From: Octopus sinensis
Lineage: Eukaryota
NCBI RefSeq assembly: GCF_006345805.1
Contig: NW_021824253.1
Span: forward strand, 1 to 19,384
DNA length: 19,384 bases
Reading direction: 5' to 3'
Part shown: positions 9,873 through 19,384 of the stretch, one piece after another
How the letters are laid out: every line of letters starts with the position of its first letter
How positions within the stretch are numbered: the first letter of the stretch is position 1
Notes under the pieces: model-generated
Seen by the model: the letters and a program-made list of their open reading frames with translations, nothing else
What the model was told of the DNA's origin: nothing
Databases searched by the model: none
Translations under genes and position numbers: made by a program

Positions 9873-9934
9873 TGCTGCTCTGCATTGATAAGGGGCAAAT
9901 ACCCCGAAACTAGTCTGTGGGTGCCCGACCAGCA
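9873..9934 (+). ncRNA. Minimal type I hammerhead ribozyme motif, U3-A8 variant (predicted cleavage after C9915)
   Basis: Core UUGAUAA 9885-9891; helix II GGGG/CCCC 9892-9895/9902-9905; GAAA 9906-9909; palindromic helix III ACUAGU 9909-9914; GUC triplet 9913-9915; helix I UCUGCA/UGUGGG 9879-9884/9916-9921 plus UGCUG/CAGCA 9873-9877/9930-9934. Confidence 0.8.
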
Positions 9935-10039
9935 AGGGGAAGCTGCTGACCTCCCCTGTTCGAAGGATATAATGGACACAGATTTGGGTGTTACATAGCT
10001 AGCTAGAGGCGATGGCCTCTTGGAGCTAATCAACGGCAG

Positions 10040-10177
10040 CATTCGTCCTATTTGGGTGGAATGGAACAACGTGAAATAAAGTGTCTCGCTTAAGGAAACA
10101 ACGCGCTGTCAGGAATCGAACTCGTGACCTAACGATCATGAGCCGAATACCCTAACCACTAACCCACGCGCCTTCAC
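10040..10177 (-). mobile_element. SINE-D: tRNA-derived head plus CORE-like segment
   Basis: Reverse complement GTGAAGGCGCGTGGGTTAGTGGTTAGGGTATTCGGCTCATGATCGTTAGGTCACGAGTTCGATTCCTG has A and B boxes, followed by GTTGTTTCCTTAAGCGAGACACTTTA. No cloverleaf acceptor stem, so not a tRNA gene. Confidence 0.78.
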
Positions 10178-10479
10178 CGGAAATTAATATATGATCCTTT
10201 AACTGTTTTGGAGGATACCGTCTTAGAATATCGTGTTGCTCTGTCCCTATAACGTTGATTGTTTTGCTATAAATTTGATCCCGGAAGTACAACCAAACAC
10301 ACAAGGAGACAAAAATGTATAGCCTTGTCCTCTTACGTAATAAACAGATTAACACTGCACTCCACAGCAGATTAACTAAGGATACTAACTTAGAAAATAG
10401 AAAAGAATATCACCTATGCAAAGAATAAGAGCTCGAGCATTCTTCGTTATTTTTGTTTTCAATTTGACTATTGATGTTG

Positions 10480-10918
10480 GTTTTAAACATTGACCAAAAA
10501 AGCCAGTAATTTCGAGGGTGAAGATTAGTCGATTAGACCGACTACAGGGTTCAACTGGTACTTATTTCATCGACCCGGAAAGAATAAAAAGGAAAGTCGA
10601 CGTCGGTGGAATTTGAACACAGAATGCAAAGACAAAACACCGCTAAGCATTTGGCCCAGCGTGACAATGATTCTGCCATTTCGCCGCATTCACTGATCTT
10701 AGAATTGGTTTCAAATTTTGGGAAAAAGCCAGCAATTATGGGAGTGCGGGTTAGTCGATTTCATGAACTCCAGTTTTTAACTGGTACTTGTTTTACTGAA
10801 TCCAAAAGGATGAAAAGCAAAGCCGACTCCGGCGTAGTTTGAACTCAGAATGCAAAGATGATACATCGCTAAGTATTTAGCCCAGCACACTAGCCATTAT
10901 ACCAGTTAGTCGCCTTTA
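10480..10918 (-). mobile_element. Two head-to-tail old SINE-A copies (10480-10690 and 10705-10918)
   Basis: Each contains the reverse complement of the core (CTGGTACTT...ATCGACCC...AAAGG...AAAGTCGAC..GGAATTTGAAC.CAGAA) and of the head (GCTAAGCATTT.GCCCAGC). Confidence 0.75.
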
Positions 10919-10928
10919 TTGAACATAA

Positions 10929-11334
10929 CATTTTGACACAAGGTTAGCAGTTTCGAGGTTGGGAGTAAGCCGATTACATCAAATTCAGTGTATCGCTGGT
11001 ACTTTGTTAATCGACCCCAAAAGAGTGAAAGGGAAAGTTGATGTCAGTGGAATTTGAACACAAAATCTAAAGACGGACAAAATACCTATTTCTTTACTAC
11101 CCACAAGGGGCTAAACACAGAGGAGACAAACAAGGACAGATAGACAGATTAAGTCGTTTATATCGACCCCAGTGCGTAACTGGTAGTTAATTTATCGATC
11201 CCGAAAGGATGAAAGGCAAAGTCGACCTCGGCAGAATTTGAACTCAGAACGTAACGGCAGACGAAATAACACGGACAAAATACCGCAAAGCATTTTGCCT
11301 GGTGTACTAATGATTCTGCCAACTCGCCGCCTTA
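10929..11334 (-). mobile_element. Old SINE-A containing a 5'-truncated young SINE-A (11086-11270) flanked by a 13-bp TSD
   Basis: Exact direct repeat ACGGACAAAATAC at 11073-11085 and 11271-11283 surrounds the young unit, which ends at the family tail (+ strand CTATTTCTTTACTACCCACAAGGGG). Confidence 0.85.
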
Positions 11335-12062
11335 TTTTGAGCTTTTATATTAACGCACACGCCTTTTATATCCAATATTAGCTTATTCTGATGCCACTTC
11401 CTTATAATATAATGGTACCAAGTTCTACCCTTGATTAAGTACGATTGGCTCACAGAATAAAAAGTTGTTGATGTCTGGAAATTTAGTCAAATACACAACT
11501 GCAACAAATATACACCCTTAAACTCATACTTGATAATAAACAAATTAACAGAACACATCACCAATAAATAGACACGTGTTAGCTTCATAGAATATAAGAG
11601 AGATCTTTACAATGTCATTGCAAGGAAAGACTGGTGAAAATATCTGCCCCAGCTACAAACAAATAAACAGCTTTTCGGAAGAATAAATAAATATGAGGCT
11701 TTCAAGAGGATCAGTTCGACGAAATAAATTGCTTTGAATAGAAGCAGACTGAATAAAATGAGATCTGTTCAACAGCGGTGAGAGTATCGAACGGAACACG
11801 ACTGAATTGGATCCTAATAATGGCGGGCACTCGGTCAATGTTCTTCCGACTATGAAATGGAGAAAAACCATGATGCGTAAAATTGTGAGGAAAGAAAAAA
11901 AAAAAAAAGAATGCTGAATTATCCTTACATTGCGAACTAGAAAAATAGGGATCCCAAATGAAAATGAAATAAAGGACCTTCATAGCAACGAAAATCCGAA
12001 TAAATAATTATAAAATAAATAAAATGAAAAAAAATGGAAATACATTTACCCTTTCCACCATG

Positions 12063-12148
12063 ATATATATATATATATATTAATAAATATATTGGCTGCT
12101 CTTTCTAGTGAGTCGAATGTCCTATTATGGCCATTCCTTATATTGTTG

Positions 12149-12180
<32 letters not shown>

Positions 12181-12195
12181 ATATATATATATATA

Positions 12196-12244
<49 letters not shown>

Positions 12245-12300
12245 TATATATATAATATATTATATATATATATATATATGAGATATATATATAAATATAA
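12063..12300. repeat. (TA)n microsatellite runs
   Basis: Seen directly in the sequence. Confidence 0.9.
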
Positions 12301-12490
12301 AAAAAAGTTAATATAAAAATAAAATAACGATTTATCAAGTGATCAGCATGGAAAAATTTACCTTCAAAGGTAATAATTTTAAATTATAAATTAGGGTATC
12401 TACGAGGTACCACTATGCTGAAAATAGCAGCCATGATCTGACTCTAAAACCACATTTTTATATTTGCATTGGGATCCTTCCATCGGAAAC

Positions 12491-12553
12491 AGGTGATTGT
12501 CGTATGCTAATGACGGGTCAAGACCCAGAAACTGCAGTCCGTGCGTATCACTT
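12491..12553 (+). ncRNA. Minimal type I hammerhead ribozyme motif with a G5A core change (probably inactive; nominal site after C12539)
   Basis: Core CUAAUGA 12507-12513; helix II GGGUC/GACCC 12515-12519/12522-12526 with a C.A closing mismatch; GAAA 12528-12531; palindrome ACUGCAGU 12531-12538; GUC 12537-12539; helix I CGUAUG/CGUGCG 12501-12506/12540-12545 plus AGGUGAU/AUCACUU 12491-12497/12547-12553. Confidence 0.78.
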
Positions 12554-12761
12554 AGGTTGACGAGTGAAGGATGACCTTCCTTCGCAAATACCGATAAGGC
12601 ACAGAAAGTGTGCCTATAGCCAGCTGGAGGAGATGTTCTCCTGGGGCTACAAGCTACAGTAACACCTACCCTTAGTGGTTAGCCACATTGAAATGGCAAA
12701 TATACACCACATTGTCGTGCAGTTACTGCTTATACCTCATTCAGAGATTTATTATTGCTTG

Positions 12762-12909
12762 TATATATATAATATATATATATATATATACAATATATAT
12801 ATATATATATATATACATATATATAGATTATATATATATATATATATAAAAGCGAATAAATAATGTTTATAAACCCCGCCCCCCAAAAAAAAGGAAGAAG
12901 AAAGAAATA

Positions 12910-12940
<31 letters not shown>
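12762..12940. repeat. (TA)n microsatellite runs around a short A-rich segment
   Basis: Seen directly in the sequence. Confidence 0.85.
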
Positions 12941-13424
12941 CGTTTTATTCTGTATCTGTTTGTATTGTTCGTCTTATTTTATGAATTTCTGCTAATTTTT
13001 AAGTAATCGTAAGCATCCTCAATGAAACATTTACGCTTCTAGACTTTCACAATACCATCTTCAAGACGAAGTAAAACTGGAGTGTATTACAATTTTTACG
13101 CTAATCAATTTCAGTGAGAATAATGTAGATACTGCACGGCATTCCAATTATGAGAATTACAGACTATCGAATACTTCACCCTGAAAATAAAAGACACATG
13201 GAGGTCTATTACATATGATGAAGGATATAAGAAATGAGCAGTACAAAATGGCTATAAGAAACTTATATAGAAAAATTAGGAAACATATTGAAATAATGAT
13301 TTACTAGAACACAGTCGTGTGTTTTATACATGCTTACGACAAAACTGTTACATTATAGATAGGAATATGTCTAAGTATGAATAAGTATGCATCTACTATA
13401 TCTCTCAATCTGTCTCGCTCGCCT

Positions 13425-14265
<841 letters not shown>

Positions 14266-14739
14266 TAGGCATATACCACATGGTTGTAGAACTTGTTTTC
14301 TATTGTCTTTGATCATCATTCGTGGCTAATATTTCCGGCGCATCTTCAAATTGACGTCATAGTATTGTGTCTGCTTGTGGTAACTATTTCAAGAAAACTT
14401 CTTTTCCAAAAGCGAATAAATAATGTTCAAAACCAAAAAAAAAAAAGAAAAAACAAAAGAAGAAGAAGAAGAAAAAAAAGAAGAAATTCTTGATAAATAA
14501 AATGAAAGAAAAATATGTAAAGTTGTTGCATCTAATCTCTTCTACAAGACTTCTTCATGTTCTGCAACTGGTATTGAAGAAAAAAGCTATGGAAGAATGT
14601 TCTGTGTATATATGTCCAATATCTGCCTAACATGAAAGGTTAGGTGCAATTCGTCTGAAGAATGCAATTGAAATTGCAGAAATAAGTTTTGCATTACGCC
14701 ATTTGCATAAATAGATAGAGACACAAAACAGACACTCCC

Positions 14740-14760
14740 ATATCTATGTATATATATATA

Positions 14761-14810
<50 letters not shown>

Positions 14811-14838
14811 TATATATAATATATATGCTATATATACA

Positions 14839-14873
<35 letters not shown>

Positions 14874-15215
14874 CATATATATATATTTATATATATGCAC
14901 ACTCATACACAGTATATGTGTGTATGTGGATTTGTATATGTATATGCGTATATATGAATGTATGTATAGATATCGTTATATAAAATCTATTTATGGATGT
15001 GTATATGCTTTCTATATCTATATACAGACATACATACATCTGTAAATATATGTATGAGTTTTAGATATATATGTGAAGCATACATATATAGGTATATAGG
15101 TATAAATATATATATATATACATATATACATATATATGTATATCTATATATGCGTCTAAATATGTATACACGTGCATACATACACACATACATCTATAAA
15201 TATGTTCATACTTGC

Positions 15216-15247
<32 letters not shown>

Positions 15248-15410
15248 CTGACATGCACATGCACATATATGGTCTTCCATACGAAGGTACACATACATAC
15301 AAATTATGCACACGTGCACACGTACTTACAAGCAACCATACACACATACACACGAACACGGACGCGGACAAGCACTCACATGCTCAACTCAGGCACAAAC
15401 ATATAATAAA
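14740..15410. repeat. Compound (TA)n/(CA)n/(TATG)n microsatellite region
   Basis: Seen directly in the sequence. Confidence 0.9.
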
Positions 15411-15761
15411 TATTTATGTGAAAACACCCTGTATATTAGAAACCTTGCACATTTAACGTAGTTAAATAATAGTTATTTTTCTAAAGTCTTCCTTATTTAG
15501 TTTTAGACAGATGTAAATTTAGCTTATTATTCTCTTCGGAGAGTAAAAAAAATAGCAAAAATTTTCGTATCATGCTTCATGGTTAGTACATTATTCTTTA
15601 GAAAAAAAACAGTTCTCCTCTCCGCACCCTTTCCTGCTCTTGAAATAAACTTTAGGTAAATTCATATGTATAGTAAGCTACTATTAATATTTACCTGTAA
15701 TTTATAAATTCATTTGTATACCAGGCACTCTGCAGAATTATGATTAAATACTTCCCTTTGA

Positions 15762-15950
15762 ATGCTTGTTTCAGTAATTCGAATGCGGCCATGCTGTGGC
15801 ACTAACTTGGAGCAGTCAGTCGATAAATCGAACTTAATAATCGACAAATCGAACCTAATTAATTTTAAAAATCTCTAGTACTTATCCTGTCTGTTTTGAT
15901 GCGAACCACTAAGTCGCATGGACATATATAAATCAACCACTATTGTGAAT
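15762..15950 (-). mobile_element. Decayed SINE-B 3' module
   Basis: TGCTTGTTTCAGTAATTCGAATGCGGCCATGCTG...CTAGTACTTATCC...GAACCACTAAGTCGCATGGAC parallels 866-1010. Confidence 0.7.
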
Positions 15951-16049
15951 TGGTTCGCGGCAGATAATTTCAATCACAGTGGTACAAACGCGCTTATATA
16001 TACGCCGAGTTTCCTCACATTTCCGCCATACAATACCATCTATCAACAT

Positions 16050-16625
16050 GTAGATATTCAAATGATTACATATAAAATACAACGCTACCCATCGTCAATC
16101 AACGAAATATTCTACCGTCTTGTGAGATATTCAGGTATTCATTTGCCATTATACCTACAGTCGAACTGTCATTGCACCGTCAGTTTCCAGAAAATCGTCG
16201 AAGTACATGTGTATGGGTATTTTCAAGAGGAATCTCAGTATAGTATATTTAGTTAATGTATGATATATTTAGTTAATTTTATTTCCTACTGTGATAAAGG
16301 AAACTTTCTGGGTTGTCAGTATTTGTTGAATATCTCGGATCCAACGTTTAAGTAGACATCGTATTTCTTTAAGTTTCGTTTGTATGAAACTCGTTTCAGA
16401 AGTGCATAATCTGCCGATTCTTATTTCATTTATGTGCGGCTTTTATCTTTCAACTATATATCAGAGGATGTCGAATTTACTTTTGCTGTGTTTCAATTTG
16501 CAAAATAATTTAATAGTTTATAACATTCCATTTCTCGGTATTTCAGAAAGAAGAGACGTGATTGAAGTAGTGATACTTAAATTTATATTAAGCCATTCCC
16601 ATATAATGTGTGCTTTTGGTATATC
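16050..16625 (-). pseudogene. Possible heavily decayed Penelope-like reverse transcriptase remnant
   Basis: Motif-like words in the correct order on the minus strand: IPKAH (~16622-16608), SFI..KLKEI..KVSF, YTEIPLENT (16242-16216), and, in the same frame with stops, DGRIFR*LTMGS..FYM*SFE (to ~16057). They recall PLE RT LPKIHK / VSFDV.SLYTNIP / GKIYKQ..G.AMGS..FME.FE. By-eye only. Confidence 0.3.
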
Positions 16626-17399
16626 AGGTTTGGTTTTGTAGAGATTATTTCGCTTGCGTTGATGTATACGAGCCTTCCTTCAGTTTCCTATATAGCTCTT
16701 GCTTATCGCTGTTTAGCAATAATGTAACGTATGAGAAGTTTACTTCAAAGCCGACATCTTTGAAAGCGTAACTTAAGAATTTTCTAAATTTCCCTAATGT
16801 GACGATGTTGGTATTATTCGCTGAGATAGTCAGAAACCTCGTAGTCTTGTTAGTATGCTAAATTTCCACAGTATTTTCGCATTGTAATTTTTCTGAGACA
16901 AGTGAACTACATCAGTGATAGATATGCTGAAAACACTACACAATTCCTGCAAAACAGATAACAAAATGTCGCTTGTGTGGAACATTTTCTGAAATAATAC
17001 ATCATATTCTAACTTCGATAAACAACCTAATGGACACAAAAGCTTGCTCTTCCTAGAACGCTTATAACACAATTTGTCTATCGAAGGAATGACAATGTGC
17101 AGAAGCATTCTAAGTAATCTCTTTGCATATTCAAATATGCTACACATTTTTATCTGTGTATGAATTTACGTTTACATTTAATATACTCAATGTCAATTTA
17201 AAAATAGCAATTTGCGATTGAGACGATTGAGACACGAGATTTAAATGGTGTTTACTTTGTAAAGTTTTTAATTATTGAATATAATATAGAATCAAACCCA
17301 GGGAAAGTCAAAACATTAAGCAATGTACGATCTAGCAGTATACATACGTACATATATACCTTAATATATGTATCTTTATTTATACGTACCTGTCTTTCT

Positions 17400-17503
17400 A
17401 CCTATCGACCTATCTGTCTAGATAGATATATCTATGTATATATATATATATATATAGATATATATATACATATATACAAGCACACAAAACACATACACGT
17501 ACA

Positions 17504-17534
<31 letters not shown>

Positions 17535-17612
17535 CACACACACACCACACACACATATATATATATATATATTATGTATATATATACAGATACATATGTA
17601 TATGCATATCTC

Positions 17613-17674
<62 letters not shown>
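17400..17674. repeat. Compound (TA)n/(CA)n/(CT)n microsatellite
   Basis: Seen directly in the sequence. Confidence 0.9.
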
Positions 17675-17885
17675 TTTCTTATGCCCACAAGTGGCTAAAC
17701 ACAGAGGGGACAAACGGATCACGTCGATTACATAAACCCCAGTGCGTAATTGGTACTTATTTAATCGACCCCGAAAGGATGACAGGTAAAGTCGACCTTG
17801 GCTGAATTTGAACTCAGAGCGTAGAGGCAGAAGAAATACTGCTAAGTATTTCGCCCGATTCAAGCGATTCGGCCAGTTCACTCGC
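17675..17885 (-). mobile_element. Young-type SINE-A (moderately diverged) whose tail abuts (TA)n
   Basis: TTTCTTATGCCCACAAGTGGCTAAACACAGAGGGGACAAAC...CCCCAGTGCGTAATTGGTACTT...GAATTTGAACTCAGAGCG is the reverse complement of unit 8282-8517. Confidence 0.85.
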
Positions 17886-17909
17886 ATATCTATCTAAAAC
17901 CATCTATCT

Positions 17910-17924
17910 ATATGTATACATACT

Positions 17925-17958
<34 letters not shown>

Positions 17959-18231
17959 TCCATGCAAATTCTATATAGTTACATAAATTTTTATATCATC
18001 AAGGGTGGCATATATGTGTGTGTGTATTTTATTATCTGAGTTAGTATTATATATATATATATATATATATACTTACACACACACAAACACAAACATATGT
18101 AAGTTTATATACATATATATTAATATGTAGATGTATAATATATATTATATATATACACACCCACAACACACACACACACACATATATATATAATATATAT
18201 ATATATATATTATATATATACACACACACCC

Positions 18232-18264
<33 letters not shown>

Positions 18265-18695
18265 GATGTATTAGGTATGTATGTACACATACACACACGC
18301 ACAGATACATACACGTACACATAGTCGCACACATACGAGCATACAAAAGCGCACTGACAAACCAAAGTACACATTTGTCATGGATATACGCCTGCGAGGG
18401 CAAGCTTCGTATCTCATCTCGCTTTACAGAGAGAGCAATTTAGCGAAGCGTTCTGTTTAAACGTAATGCTTTGATTTCATGAAGCTCTCTATCAAATGTA
18501 TATAATACATATATATACTATATATATAATATATATATTATATATATATATATATATATAATTATATAATATATCATACATATATATATATATATATAAT
18601 ATATATATATAATATATATATTATAATATATATCTATATATATGTGTGTGTGTGTGTATATATATATACACAGAAAGAGAGAGAGAGAGAGGAGA
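17910..18695. repeat. (TA)n/(CA)n/(GA)n microsatellite region with a short unique island at ~18355-18490
   Basis: Seen directly in the sequence. Confidence 0.85.
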
Positions 18696-19050
18696 TATAC
18701 CACTACGATTATGCAAGGAAAAGAGAGAATGGAGAGTTATTATAATCTAATAATCATTCTACTATTTTTTTATTTACTTAAAAATATTAAAGATAGATTC
18801 AGTGAATCTATTTATGCGACTTTGGTTCCAAATTATGGATGTCAAAAAAAAAAATTCTAATTGGATTTTGCACTATACTGGAGTTGGGTGAAATAAAACT
18901 TCGTTTAAATTGACAATGCAGGGAAGTTAAGAATCGCATAAAATGTTTGAGTTATGAAGTTAGCTGCCTGTGGTTTTTTTGCTTCCTTTTTCGTTTAAAC
19001 GATATCATGTTATCGGGTACGATGCTTCGCTATAAATATATACATACATA

Positions 19051-19218
19051 GGTGCAGGAGTGGCTGTGTGGTAAGTAGCTTTCTTACCAACCACATGGTT
19101 CCGGGTTGAGTCCACTGCTTGGCACCTTGGGCAAGAGGCTTCTACTATACCCTCGGGCCGACCAAGGCTTGTGATTGGATTTTGTAGACGGAAAGTGAAA
19201 GAAGCCGTCGTATGTATG

Positions 19219-19279
<61 letters not shown>
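19051..19279 (+). mobile_element. SINE-B head plus microsatellite (3' module absent)
   Basis: GGTGCAGGAGTGGCTGTGTGGTAAG...CACCTTGGGCAAG...GTAGACGGAAAGTGAAAGAAGCCGTCGTATG, then (TA)n. Confidence 0.88.
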
Positions 19280-19282
<3 letters not shown>

Positions 19283-19296
19283 GTGTGTATATGTTT

Positions 19297-19380
19297 GTAG
19301 CTTGATTACCAACCACATGGTTCCGGGTTCAGTCCCACTGCGTGGCACCTTGGGCAAGTGTCTCCTACTATAGCCTCGAG
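19297..19380 (+). mobile_element. Second partial SINE-B head
   Basis: GTAGCTTGATTACCAACCACATGGTTCCGGGTTCAGTCCCACTGCGTGGCACCTTGGGCAAGTGTC. Confidence 0.85.
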
Positions 19381-19384
19381 TTGA

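Noticed and set aside
10100-10177. tRNA gene on the minus strand
   Set aside because: A and B boxes are present but there is no acceptor stem, and it runs into a SINE CORE-like domain, so it is a SINE head.
11929-11936. 8-nt minus-strand micro-exon candidate (TTTTTCTAG|TTCGCAAT|GTAAGG)
   Set aside because: Not frame-preserving, and such motif pairs arise by chance in AT-rich DNA; no supporting gene context.
13030-13070. Minus-strand TTGAAGA-TGGTATTGTGAAAGTCTA-GAAGC-GTA, a possible relic minimal hammerhead (a 12-mer is shared with ~16030-16041)
   Set aside because: Weak helix II, GAAG instead of GAAA and no helix I; too decayed to call.
18430-18462. 33-nt plus-strand exon candidate (CTTTACAG|AGAGAG...TTAAAC|GTAATG; REQFSEAFCLN)
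   Set aside because: Plausible splice signals but no recognisable protein or neighbouring exons; needs RNA-seq.

Overview
AT-rich, microsatellite-laden eukaryotic non-coding DNA. The repeat content (tRNA-derived SINEs, long (TA)n/(CA)n/(TATC)n tracts) strongly resembles an octopus/coleoid cephalopod genome; this is an inference. I could support no host-gene exon or intact protein-coding gene: nearly all listed ORFs are translations of microsatellites or SINEs. The window holds four SINE-like families (working labels A-D), a 5'-truncated Tx1/L1-like LINE (5779-6507), two tandem decayed mariner transposase fragments (7813-8282) and possibly decayed Penelope-like remnants. Two linked systems stand out. 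(1) Two diverged copies of a structured element (about 9873-10030 and 12491-12650) each begin with a minimal type I hammerhead ribozyme with a palindromic helix III, followed by hairpins showing compensatory base changes. (2) A young SINE-A subfamily has a 3' tail homologous to the 3' end of the Tx1-like LINE, and it repeatedly sits at the same nucleotide inside SINE-A heads (with TSDs in two cases), suggesting a target-specific SINE-LINE pair.
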